IMG/VR virus record: IMGVR_UViG_3300025018_000091
Direction: 5' to 3' (one strand)
DNA from: a virus
Taxonomy: Duplodnaviria > Caudoviricetes
Length of the DNA stretch: 64,000 bases
In this document: positions 36,783-45,839 of the stretch, piece by piece
Numbering within the stretch: position 1 is the first letter of the stretch
How the letters are laid out: each line of letters opens with the position of its first letter
Notes under the pieces: model-generated
What the model was told of the DNA's origin: nothing
Databases searched by the model: none
Seen by the model: only the letters and a program-made list of their open reading frames with translations
Translations under genes and position numbers: made by a program

Positions 36783-37102
36783 TTAAATCTTTCTAACATC
36801 TAAATTTTCTCTCTCAACTACAATCCAATGTGCCTTACATTCTTTGTTAAAGCACCAACAATGATAATGAGACCCTTCCAGATTACATATTATATTGCGT
36901 TTAAACCAATAATGTTTAACTATTACTCTACTAAAAGGTGTACATAATTCTTTTTGTGTCGTTTAGTTTTATCCCAACTATTTGAATAAACATTACAAAC
37001 TGGACAACACTGAGTTTCTTCACCATATACAAATAAAACTCTTTCAGATTTATCCTGTGGTATCTCTGGAAGAATAGCTGGCGTGCGATAAGGATCGTCC
37101 AT
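36783..37102 (-). pseudogene. hypothetical Cys-rich protein (DPYR N-terminus) with apparent frameshift at T5 36951-36955
   Basis: MDDPYRTPA...CCPVC joins ELCTPF...HCWCFNKECKAHW if one A is added. Confidence 0.5.
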
Positions 37103-37108
37103 AATTAA

Positions 37109-37672
37109 TCACAAATAGCCTTCCAATAACATAGCAATAACAAATGCATGACCCATAGTTTTAATAGGATCATTAATCACTTGCTGGAAAGAATAACCTA
37201 GAACCCTATGATTATAACCATCAAAGTCCCACAAGTAAAGGTCTCCCGGCTCCTCGGACATCTTTTTTAATTGTTGAAATGCGGAAGTTTTTTGAACGGC
37301 TTTAGCATAAAGGGGAATATAAATCTCTTTTCGAGCATCTATATATCCAAGCTTCTTGCCATCCCAATAAGAATACATCGGTTTAGCCCCTTTGCCCATT
37401 GGATATCTAACTGCTCTCACAGAATCCCAGCCATCTTTAGCCCATTTAAAATATCTTTCACCCGGCTCTTTATCATCTTCAGCATAATATTCATATACTT
37501 TACTATATTGCCAAGCGTTTTCAACATTCTTTGAAACATAACCATTATACAAATCAACAGGTCCACAGAAAAATGGGCTTAATCCACTACTCCAATTCTT
37601 AGAATGTGATGTAGTGTTTATTGTAATGGCTGTTTCAGGAACGGGATAATGTGGTCCAGTTACATAAATCAT
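37109..37672 (-). CDS. DUF6939-like protein, possibly NADAR-related
   Basis: NTTSHS...LSPFF, VENAWQYSKVY, DARKEIYIPLY, LYLWDFDG. Confidence 0.45.
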   Translation of the reverse strand: MIYVTGPHYPVPETAITINTTSHSKNWSSGLSPFFCGPVDLYNGYVSKNVENAWQYSKVYEYYAEDDKEPGERYFKWAKDGWDSVRAVRYPMGKGAKPMYSYWDGKKLGYIDARKEIYIPLYAKAVQKTSAFQQLKKMSEEPGDLYLWDFDGYNHRVLGYSFQQVINDPIKTMGHAFVIAMLLEGYL

Positions 37673-37766
37673 TGTTATATACCTTGTGTCGGCTAAGTTT
37701 ACCTAATAAGTTATTAGATTCTAAATTTTCCCGGACACCAAACACTGTAAAACACTTGGAGTTATT

Positions 37767-38642
37767 ATGACAATTCATAATCCTGGCACAAAAGTGCCTA
37801 CATATTCACCATTATGGACAGCCGGAACTAAATTACCTCGTGATAGAGTTACTATGAATGCTTGGGCTCGTTCATTTTATGCTTTAAATCCCGATGTTAA
37901 TAGAATTATAAATCAACATGCACTTTTATTAACTAGCATCTATGAAATAGAAAAGGGAGAATCTAAAGAAACTAATGACTTCTGTAAAGAACAATTAGAA
38001 GATTTAAAATTTCCAAACTTAATTGAAACAATTATTAGAGAATATCTCATCATAGGGGAAGTTTTTCTTTATCTAGAACTAAACAAGAAAGAAAATAAGT
38101 GGAATAATGTTTATATACAAAATCCAGATTATATCTTAATAAAGAAAGATAGCATTAATGGTGAAGAAGCTGCTTTCTTAAGACCAGATGAAAATTTAAG
38201 ACGTATTTGTGTTTCTAATAAACCAGAAGATATTGAAACTTGTAAATTATTACCAAAATCAGTAGTTAAATCAGTTAAAAATGGCGAAAACATATCTATG
38301 CAACCATATAATTTTTGGTATATGATCTATAAATTATCACCATATGATATCAGAGGAAACTCATTTATATTACCACTATTCAATATACTTAGAAAAGAAA
38401 TATTGTCAGATGAAGAAAATCAAATTATTAGAAGTTCTTTAGGGGACATTATGTTTTTTAATGGTAAAGGAATTACTAAAGACGTTTTAATGACAAGGTA
38501 TCTAATAATTATACAACAATTAGAAAACTGGTTTAATCATAAACTATTAGAGCCAGTGGTGGAACTTAGAAACTTAAATGATAAATTACCACAAGTCAAA
38601 TTTAACAAAGACAGATTAAGAAAGTATATCGAACAGATTTAG
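37767..38642 (+). CDS. short portal-protein-like ORF
   Basis: WARSFYALNP, EYLIIGEVFLY, IQNPDY, LRPDENLRRI, SPYDIRG recall jumbo-phage portal N-terminal regions. Confidence 0.45.
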   Translation: MTIHNPGTKVPTYSPLWTAGTKLPRDRVTMNAWARSFYALNPDVNRIINQHALLLTSIYEIEKGESKETNDFCKEQLEDLKFPNLIETIIREYLIIGEVFLYLELNKKENKWNNVYIQNPDYILIKKDSINGEEAAFLRPDENLRRICVSNKPEDIETCKLLPKSVVKSVKNGENISMQPYNFWYMIYKLSPYDIRGNSFILPLFNILRKEILSDEENQIIRSSLGDIMFFNGKGITKDVLMTRYLIIIQQLENWFNHKLLEPVVELRNLNDKLPQVKFNKDRLRKYIEQI

Positions 38643-38643
38643 A

Positions 38644-38865
38644 CTATTTCTTAATCCACTCATAAAATTCCAACATACATTTATAACATAAATCATAAGA
38701 TCGTTCTCCGCCAGCGCTTTCGCCTAAAGGACCAGTTACTCGATCTCTACAATATAGGTGTAATTCCCCGCTATAAAAAGGATTGCCCATTGGGTGACTT
38801 CTATCATCTTCTGCACCACATTTGTCACAAATTAAAATTTCTACTTTAGGAATTATCTTCTTCAT
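38644..38865 (-). CDS. small Zn-finger hypothetical protein
   Basis: CDKC...CYKC. Confidence 0.55.
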   Translation of the reverse strand: MKKIIPKVEILICDKCGAEDDRSHPMGNPFYSGELHLYCRDRVTGPLGESAGGERSYDLCYKCMLEFYEWIKK

Positions 38866-39104
38866 TTTTTCTTTTTAGCTTCAAATTTGATTATTTCAGG
38901 AATGTCTTTTGCATTAAGAATAGTCTCACAATTACAAGCCATACAGATTACAGCATATAGCTCCCAACCAGGATCATGCCAATCACCATTTTCTCCAGAA
39001 TATTGAAGATCATGTGTTTCAACCTCTAATACTGTTTGACAATGATTACAAATAATATCTTTTTTCCATAATTTAGGATCAACTGCATACTTTTTTATCT
39101 TCAT
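38862..39104 (-). CDS. small Zn-ribbon protein
   Basis: CNHC..LE....DL...CMAC. Confidence 0.55.
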   Translation of the reverse strand: MKIKKYAVDPKLWKKDIICNHCQTVLEVETHDLQYSGENGDWHDPGWELYAVICMACNCETILNAKDIPEIIKFEAKKKK

Positions 39105-39300
39105 CTTCTAGATCTTTCACAGCAACATCATATCCAGTTTCGATAGTACCTGGAAATGCTTTAATTGCTTTATCTAATTTAACTTCTTGTAAGATCCACC
39201 ACCCAAAATCATCAAGCTTTTCTTTAAGTTTTTCTTTATCTTCGTCTTTACAATCTAAAAAGAATGTAAGCTCTAATTTAAGCGCTAATTTATCTTCCAT
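39079..39300 (-). CDS. hypothetical protein
   Basis: Operonic overlap. Confidence 0.5.
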   Translation of the reverse strand: MEDKLALKLELTFFLDCKDEDKEKLKEKLDDFGWWILQEVKLDKAIKAFPGTIETGYDVAVKDLEDEDKKVCS

Positions 39301-39541
39301 AATATTCTTCCGCAGTAGGTTTTCTTTTAATCTCTAACCTAAGTAATTTGGGAATCAATTTCTCAACAATATAGAAACGCTTACTACAAACAGCACAATG
39401 AACAAAATAACTATCGTTATCACGTTGCCCGCTGGCTAAATAGCAAATGTCATTTTTATCGAGTTCGAGATCCGAATCACATTGGTCACAATGATATTTA
39501 TAAGACCAATCACTAATATCTATTTTATTAAGCACCTTCAT
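39290..39541 (-). CDS. small Zn-ribbon protein
   Basis: CDQC..LE....DI...CAVC; start adjusted to MKVLNK. Confidence 0.55.
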   Translation of the reverse strand: MKVLNKIDISDWSYKYHCDQCDSDLELDKNDICYLASGQRDNDSYFVHCAVCSKRFYIVEKLIPKLLRLEIKRKPTAEEYYGR

Positions 39542-39740
39542 TTGACACCTTCTTAATAATAAGTGTGCAAGATGAATCATATTTTTCGAAATATTCATCA
39601 ATCTTTTTGGCTGTTTTCTCATTAACCCACAGTTGGAGTTTATTGCCACATTGATCTTCTACAATACGTAGATATTTCTTAACTATAGGATAATGAGAAC
39701 AATAGTCAAACTCAGGTTTTTTCTTACATAAATGTGCCAT
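39528..39740 (-). CDS. hypothetical protein
   Basis: Operonic overlap. Confidence 0.5.
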   Translation of the reverse strand: MAHLCKKKPEFDYCSHYPIVKKYLRIVEDQCGNKLQLWVNEKTAKKIDEYFEKYDSSCTLIIKKVSNEGA

Positions 39741-39742
39741 AA

Positions 39743-39940
39743 TTATCTCTTAGGAATATAGTCTTCGATAGGAATAGGCTTTGCTCCGTTTATGTTTTCC
39801 CAATAGCCACTACGACAATCATAACCATCGATCCAGCGTCTATTTTTTGTACAATCACAAACTAAAACTGGACCAGCGTCATGTCTGCTATCATAGTAAC
39901 ATGGCGTTCCGCAAACAGAACAAAGATAATTCCTACTCAC
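39743..39940 (-). CDS. small Cys-rich hypothetical protein
   Basis: CSVC, CDC. Confidence 0.5.
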   Translation of the reverse strand: MSRNYLCSVCGTPCYYDSRHDAGPVLVCDCTKNRRWIDGYDCRSGYWENINGAKPIPIEDYIPKR

Positions 39941-40080
39941 TTCTCATCTTCTGTAATAATACTTAGCTGACCACATGCCGCTCCCGCCTCAACTTCAGCA
40001 CAAGTAGCTACAGCAATAGCATATTCAAATCCGTAATCTTCCAACTGTTTCTTAACTTTATTTGTAAATTTCTTATTCAT
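39937..40080 (-). CDS. 47-aa peptide equivalent to the RlmN C-terminus (AACGQL)
   Basis: MNKKFTNKVKKQLEDYGFEYAIAVATCAEVEAGAACGQLSIITEDEK; RBS GAGGGG overlaps the upstream TGA. Confidence 0.75.
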   Translation of the reverse strand: MNKKFTNKVKKQLEDYGFEYAIAVATCAEVEAGAACGQLSIITEDEK

Positions 40081-40090
40081 GATAATCCCC

Positions 40091-40876
40091 TCAAGCAATG
40101 TTAACACCCTTAACAACCCCCTCACCCATATCATTCTTATCTGACATCGGATTAGGATTAATTGACGATAACTTAATGAAAAACTTATCCGGATCGAATA
40201 TCCTTCTAAGATTTTCAATATCAAAATCAGCCTCATCTACCAAAGTAAGATTTAGCGTAGTCTTTAGATTAGATTTGGTTCTAATTTCACCAAGCCCAGT
40301 AATATTCACTTTCCTATTATAGGGAATTAGAATGTTCCTTCTCTCCTCATCTAAAGAATGAAGTGAGATTTGCAAGGTGATATTGTCTTTTACCCAAGAA
40401 TAGTTAGCATCTTTCACTCCAATAGTAGAAATGTAATGATGTGTACCTGGATACTTAGCGTCAATAATGCGAATTGCCTTTCGAACTGCGGCAACATTCA
40501 AAAATGGCTCACCCATTCTTGTATAATTAATCTTATGCTCTTTGGCATCTGCAAAATTATACTCTGGATTCTGAGCAATAACAAAATCAACTTGTTCTAC
40601 AATCTCTTCAGCGGTTAATGAACGCCATTTCTTTAATTGTCCAGTAGCACAAAACTTACACCTAACAGGACAACCGCTCATACAAGAAACTCCAATCATC
40701 CAACGTTCAGACCTATCTCCAAAATTGGTATCAGTCATAGAGTTTTGATGTCTCCCAACAGCATCTTTGGTATAAAGTGGAAGAAAAGTATCGGTAACTT
40801 CTACTGGGAAATCATCATCTGTTCGTAGAGCATAAACTGTTCCATTAGCAAATGATTTGGACCTTATGATCTTCAT
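40091..40876 (-). CDS. RlmN/Cfr-like radical SAM protein lacking the C-terminal catalytic-Cys segment
   Basis: CPVRCKFC, RMGEP, QISLHS; ends GVNIA. Confidence 0.85.
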   Translation of the reverse strand: MKIIRSKSFANGTVYALRTDDDFPVEVTDTFLPLYTKDAVGRHQNSMTDTNFGDRSERWMIGVSCMSGCPVRCKFCATGQLKKWRSLTAEEIVEQVDFVIAQNPEYNFADAKEHKINYTRMGEPFLNVAAVRKAIRIIDAKYPGTHHYISTIGVKDANYSWVKDNITLQISLHSLDEERRNILIPYNRKVNITGLGEIRTKSNLKTTLNLTLVDEADFDIENLRRIFDPDKFFIKLSSINPNPMSDKNDMGEGVVKGVNIA

Positions 40877-40888
40877 AATTAAATTTCC

Positions 40889-41224
40889 TTAACAAGTAGG
40901 TCTGGTATAACCAAACCCGCGAGAACATAAATCATCATCAATTGGAGGCTTTTTAACCGCTACTTTTTTTACTGTTTTGTTAATAGATACTTCTTCAGAA
41001 TCCATATTGATAATTTCAACCTTGAAAAAGTCCTCATAATCTTTATCATTACCTTTAATAACACCATTCACAAAACTTCTAATTATTTTAGCAAACATTT
41101 CCGGTTTCTTCTTTGCTAAAATTATACCCAGATTACACATTAACTTTTCATTATCTTTAATTTCATCATATAAATCTTTAAAAGATAATTTATCCAAAAG
41201 CTTATTAATTAAAACACTATTCAT
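40889..41224 (-). CDS. hypothetical protein
   Basis: ORF in operon. Confidence 0.55.
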   Translation of the reverse strand: MNSVLINKLLDKLSFKDLYDEIKDNEKLMCNLGIILAKKKPEMFAKIIRSFVNGVIKGNDKDYEDFFKVEIINMDSEEVSINKTVKKVAVKKPPIDDDLCSRGFGYTRPTC

Positions 41225-42135
41225 AATAGCACCATATCTTTCCCAAAATTAGTTATCAAGTTATTATCTTGATTAAAAATAAACGCCTTAACATAATCTG
41301 CACTACCAACCAAAACCCGCCTTAGATAAAATGGAACCTCACCTAATTCATTGTAATATGTAAAGTTTTCACACTTACATGACTCTCTATCTTTAGCGAA
41401 TTTCTCGAACAAAAATCCATCTCGTACATATAGCTTAGATGTTATGTCTTCATAATCTATGAATAGATTATCACAAGATTGTGTTTTATTCATAAGCGAT
41501 ACAAATCCAACCTGATAAGCTCCGACTTGAATTGCGAAATCTAAATATCCTCTAAGCTTTTCTGGCGAATCAATAAATCCCTTCATTAGATTACATGATA
41601 AGCTAAAAATCTTAGGTCCCATTTTGAATTCTTTTGCAAGATACGTGATGCTTGGAGTTTTAATTCCAAAAATAACGTTATTTTCTATATCATTATAAGA
41701 ATGTCTAGATATATGAATATCATTAAGAACATAAAAATGTGGTATTGTTCTTAATGATTGTAAATTCATACCATTAGTATTAATTGATACAGGGTATGTG
41801 TCTGCCCCACAAACGTCAGTAATCGTATGCAAAATAGATTCTACTGCATTTAAGTCAGATAATGGTTCACCACCAGTAAGACTGATTCTATTTATTACTT
41901 GTTTTTGATGTAATTCAATAAGACTTATTCTAAACTTATTGATATCAATTCTATCTTTTGAAGTAAATCCAGGACAAAAAGAACAGCGTGCTGGACAATA
42001 TCCAGAAGAATAGATATATAGATTTACTTTGTTATTAGCACAAGAACTGCCGCCCGTTGTAGAACAGACATAATCTCTTATGCTAATATGTTTGCCAAAG
42101 ATCTCCATGATATATTTATAATTCGGCTCTGCCAC
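41221..42135 (-). CDS. radical SAM protein
   Basis: CPARCSFC, LTGGEP, NTNG. Confidence 0.88.
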   Translation of the reverse strand: MAEPNYKYIMEIFGKHISIRDYVCSTTGGSSCANNKVNLYIYSSGYCPARCSFCPGFTSKDRIDINKFRISLIELHQKQVINRISLTGGEPLSDLNAVESILHTITDVCGADTYPVSINTNGMNLQSLRTIPHFYVLNDIHISRHSYNDIENNVIFGIKTPSITYLAKEFKMGPKIFSLSCNLMKGFIDSPEKLRGYLDFAIQVGAYQVGFVSLMNKTQSCDNLFIDYEDITSKLYVRDGFLFEKFAKDRESCKCENFTYYNELGEVPFYLRRVLVGSADYVKAFIFNQDNNLITNFGKDMVLL

Positions 42136-43500
42136 GAATCTTTTCTAATGTATCATCTACAAGAATTTCTCCATTCTCATATACAATCCTCATTACAGAC
42201 TGCGGATGCGAATCTGCAACAATAAGTTTTACTGTCTTATATTCACCATATGGAGTTTTAATCAAGTCCAAACGTCCAGCTTTTGAACGCTTGCCATCAT
42301 CTGTAATAGGATCTTTAAAGACATCAATGGATTCTTCGCCACGATTGATATGACAACATTTCATAGCGAATTTTTGCGTGTCACGATTAATCTGTTGTAG
42401 TAATGCTCCACCCATACCAAACGCGATATTGGTAGCACTAAACCCATTAGCTAATAACGCATCAAGAATCTGCTTAATGGAATCTTCATCAATGCCATCT
42501 CCTTGAAGGATTCTAACATTATTGAGAACCATATAATTCTTAGTGTTAGTTGTAGTTCCAAACTTCTCAGCAAGTAACATAGCCGTTTTCAACACTATCT
42601 CAACAGGATCCCCAGAATCGGGGCGGATTACGACCGTCGCACCGGATTTTATAAGTTCTTCACGCAGTTCCTCGCCCCATAGGTGGGAGCAAGCGTTCCA
42701 CAAATTATAAGAATCCGACACCACTGCAAGAAGCGCGCCAGGTTTCGCAAATTGAGTTAGCATATTACGATATGCTTCTATTTCATTTTCCTTACCCCAT
42801 GATGTAATCGAACTATGTTCTGCGGCTGGGATACTAAAACCTGCCATATCAATGTTATAAAATCGATTTGCGCAAACTACACCCATAACTGTGTCACTTC
42901 CCATGAAGTTAACAAGGTGAGCAGCACCACCAATCATTGCAGATTCTTTGCTTGACACTCCGCGAGAGCCAAAATCATGCAATTTGAAGTTAATTTCTGC
43001 CTTTGGGTCATCAGAGGACTTAACTAAAGCATTAAAAATAATGTTTTTAATTGTATAGCTTCTGGTACAAACTGTAGTTGGATACCAGACATATCTCATT
43101 AGGGATGTTTCAAGCCACGAAACAATCCAAAAAACCTTTGGGTCTGTAGATTCTACAGTGACTAAAACGTTGTGATTGGGCACTTTAGTACCCTCTGGAA
43201 CCGCTCGGATACGAACGGGAAGTTTTCCACCAAGATCCTTGGCTATATACATCCAGCCATCATAGTTGAAAGGCTCTCCATGAGCAGCAAAAAAAACTTT
43301 TGCTTCTTCGACTTCTTCAACCGTAACTCTATGAGACAGATATTCCTTTAGATAATATTGCAATCCGAAAAATACAGTCTCAGGATACTGTCCACCACGA
43401 GATTCGATATAACTAAAAAACTCGTCGTTCCTGCGGGGTATTGCAACCAATGCGAAGCCTTATAAGAATCAGTATCTAAAATAAAATTCATTTTTGACAT
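42116..43500 (-). CDS. nadV: nicotinamide phosphoribosyltransferase (apparent one-base indel at A6 43415-43420)
   Basis: True N-terminus MSKMNFILDTDSYKASHWLQYP from ATG 43500 lies in another frame; body YIESRGG, LHDFGSRG, AAEHS, VSDSY, RPDSGD, QGDG, GMGG. Confidence 0.93.
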
Positions 43501-43503
43501 ATT

Positions 43504-43541
43504 ACTCTCCGTATGTTTATAGATTTCCCTCTCTGGGAAAT
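43504..43541 (-). promoter_or_regulatory. leader motif shared with the nadM leader
   Basis: ATTTCCC-AGAGA-GGGAAAT hairpin, then CTATAAA and ACGGAGAGT. Confidence 0.45.
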
Positions 43542-43557
43542 TTTGTTATATACTAAC

Positions 43558-44493
43558 TCACTTGCCATACCCCAATGATTTAAGCACTAACTCTCTTAGA
43601 AGAGCTTCTGCTAATTGGGCAGAATCACTATATCTTAGTGCAGTAGTGATAATTTTTCCACAATAAGAAACTTTAATTGTTTTATACTTACCAGAACTAA
43701 CTTCATAATAACCTTTATATACAGTCCCATCTATTTCAGATTCAACTTCATATGATGATTTCATATTACTCCTAAATTCAACCAGACTATTAATCCAACT
43801 AAAATATTGTTCTACACTAAGATTTCTTTTTGCAAGATTACATATTTTACAACAGGGAACACAGTTATCCATTGTATAGCCAACTAAATTATCAACCCTA
43901 TCAATTCCATTATATTCAAATTCTCGATATTCAAATACAGTCTGCATTTTTAATAGGTTAGATTTTGTCAATCCACAGTAAAAACATGGTTTTAAAATAA
44001 TTTTTTCAAAATCATCTTTACCAATTTCAAAAGATAATTTTCTATTTTTAGCACCATTTTTATATCTGGTATATAATGTAGTTAATGCAACATCTTTTGT
44101 AGGTTTTCTAAATTTTTCAGCTTTTAACTCCTCTTTTTTACACCCGCAACTCTTTACCAAACCTTTTGTAAGATAATAGCTTTTAACTTCAGTAATATTA
44201 CCGCAAATACAATCACAAAGCCAAAGCACCTCACCTCTATCATTTTTAGATAATGCTATTTTTTTTACCGTAAGAAAGCCAAATGTTTTACCAATAAGAT
44301 TCTGCGCCCTTGTTGAACATAAAGTACCACCACAACTAGACGTTCTTCCATTCAAAAGGTCATATGAACTTGTTTTTATTTCTTTTCCACACTCACATTT
44401 GGCTAAAATTCTTTTTCTTGGTGGTAAATCACAATGTATGACCGTAAGTATACCGAATTTTCGCCCAGTTAAATCTATTGGTTTTTTTGGCAC
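43558..44493 (-). CDS. free-standing HNH-like endonuclease between the NAD genes
   Basis: Two FG.LTV...C.CG...SCG repeats, CFYCG, GIDRVDN..GYT.DNCVPCCKICN. Confidence 0.85.
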   Translation of the reverse strand: MPKKPIDLTGRKFGILTVIHCDLPPRKRILAKCECGKEIKTSSYDLLNGRTSSCGGTLCSTRAQNLIGKTFGFLTVKKIALSKNDRGEVLWLCDCICGNITEVKSYYLTKGLVKSCGCKKEELKAEKFRKPTKDVALTTLYTRYKNGAKNRKLSFEIGKDDFEKIILKPCFYCGLTKSNLLKMQTVFEYREFEYNGIDRVDNLVGYTMDNCVPCCKICNLAKRNLSVEQYFSWINSLVEFRSNMKSSYEVESEIDGTVYKGYYEVSSGKYKTIKVSYCGKIITTALRYSDSAQLAEALLRELVLKSLGYGK

Positions 44494-44505
44494 ATCATCT
44501 CCACA

Positions 44506-45522
44506 TTAAAAACGGTTGCAATAATATGCAATAATATGCCAATGATCTTCAAAGAACTCAGCTTCTCTTGTATAGAATTCGCTCAAAGGCATCCACCAAG
44601 CTTTATCTGCATCATCATTACCCTTTACTTGCGGCAATGGTCCAGATTTCAGATTGATAAGAAATGCATGAGTAATTGTTCTGCCTCTTAGAGAACGATC
44701 TGGGTGATCGAAAACTCTTTGGTCAATGATAGCGGAATCTAAATCTTCCTTAGAAACTTTAATACCAGTTTCTTCTTTTAGCTCTCTAATTGCTCCAACC
44801 TTAATCTTTTCATTTTGATTAAGGAACCCGCCAGGTAATGCAATAAGACCTTTGCCTAGATTACCTCTGCGTCTTACAACCAGAACATGCCCACTTTTGA
44901 TAACTACAGAATCAACTGTAACAAAAGTAGGAGGGAAAGGAGCGCCTTCCCAAGCAACAGAATATTGCTTAATGAAGTTATACTCATCTTTCAACTTAGA
45001 AAAAGTTGGAGTATTCTTGAAACTCTCCAGATAATCACCAACTTCTTCAGTTACATATTTCTTATACGCAATATCATGAGTGAAATACAGTCTTCGCAAA
45101 TCTGTTGCATGAGGATATTTATCGATATTCTTCATTGAAATCAATTTCCATTGAGGAAACAATTTCAGATAAAAAGAACTTCGATCATGATCATGACCAA
45201 TGATAGCGATATTGTCAGACCCGTTAGTCTTTTCGTATACCTTTTGCTGCAAATCAGTGAGCCAGAGATTATCATTATATAGATAGTCTCTCATAAAAAT
45301 AGTAGTAACACGCTCATTATCTTCTTTAGATAGAGAGTTACTAATCATTTGGGCGCGCTGATCTGCTGTCCAAGGATTTTTAATGTCTGGAGCCTTGTTG
45401 TGACTCCCAATTACAACAATAACTTTCTCTGCCTGATTAAGAGCTTCTGTTAGCAACTCTTTATGAGCAAGATGAAATGGTTGAAATCTGCCGATAAAAA
45501 TACAATATTCATATAATTTCAT
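44506..45522 (-). CDS. nadM: bifunctional NMN adenylyltransferase / ADP-ribose pyrophosphatase (NadM-Nudix)
   Basis: IGRFQPFHLAH, NPWT..QR, ALPGGF...AIRELKEETG Nudix box, RGRTITHAF, GNDDA. Confidence 0.95.
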   Translation of the reverse strand: MKLYEYCIFIGRFQPFHLAHKELLTEALNQAEKVIVVIGSHNKAPDIKNPWTADQRAQMISNSLSKEDNERVTTIFMRDYLYNDNLWLTDLQQKVYEKTNGSDNIAIIGHDHDRSSFYLKLFPQWKLISMKNIDKYPHATDLRRLYFTHDIAYKKYVTEEVGDYLESFKNTPTFSKLKDEYNFIKQYSVAWEGAPFPPTFVTVDSVVIKSGHVLVVRRRGNLGKGLIALPGGFLNQNEKIKVGAIRELKEETGIKVSKEDLDSAIIDQRVFDHPDRSLRGRTITHAFLINLKSGPLPQVKGNDDADKAWWMPLSEFYTREAEFFEDHWHIIAYYCNRF

Positions 45523-45527
45523 TGAAC

Positions 45528-45594
45528 ACTCTCCGTGTACGCTAGTCTCAATTTATAGAGTATTGAGCGACTATTATTACCCTCTCTCTGAGGG
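45528..45594 (-). promoter_or_regulatory. leader motif shared with the nadV leader
   Basis: CCCTC-AGAGA-GAGGG hairpin, TCTATAAA, ACGGAGAGT. Confidence 0.45.
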
Positions 45595-45664
45595 CTCAAA
45601 CCTATATATATCAGGTCCTATCTAAATGGCAAGATAGCCATAGCTTTTCCCGCCTTGCACAACT

Positions 45665-45692
45665 AATGTAATTTTTTAAAATGCCGGGTCAA
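45665..45692 (-). promoter_or_regulatory. sigma70-like early promoter
   Basis: TTGACC-N16-TACATT upstream of the NAD operon. Confidence 0.65.
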
Positions 45693-45788
45693 GTCGCTGG
45701 TAATTTTTAACTAAAGAATAGAAATTTTTTAACATTAAACGGATCTTGCATGGGCTCACCGTACTTAGATATGTTCAGTTTCGTCAAA

Positions 45789-45820
45789 CAAAAAAGGCGA
45801 TGCTTACGCAATCGCCCTTT
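45789..45820 (-). terminator. Rho-independent terminator
   Basis: GGCGAT-TGCGTAAGC-ATCGCC followed by TTTTTT. Confidence 0.75.
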
Positions 45821-45839
45821 AATAACTTATAGAATAAAC

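Noticed and set aside
36945-36960. Programmed -1 frameshift at AAAAAG in the DPYR gene
   Set aside because: The heptamer is C-AAA-AAG rather than A-AAA-AAG, and no stimulatory structure is evident; a homopolymer indel is simpler.
39937-40236. 99-aa version of the small RlmN C-terminal ORF, or readthrough of the TGA at 40091
   Set aside because: The upstream extension overlaps the large ORF out of frame. Readthrough of TGA reaches TAA after five codons in the wrong frame. The RBS supports ATG 40080.
42116-43450. ORF-track NAMPT start MVAIPRRN (and ARH start MRNRRC at 61934)
   Set aside because: The conserved family N-termini (TDSYKASH; AIGDALG) are in another frame upstream, so these starts are artefacts of indels.
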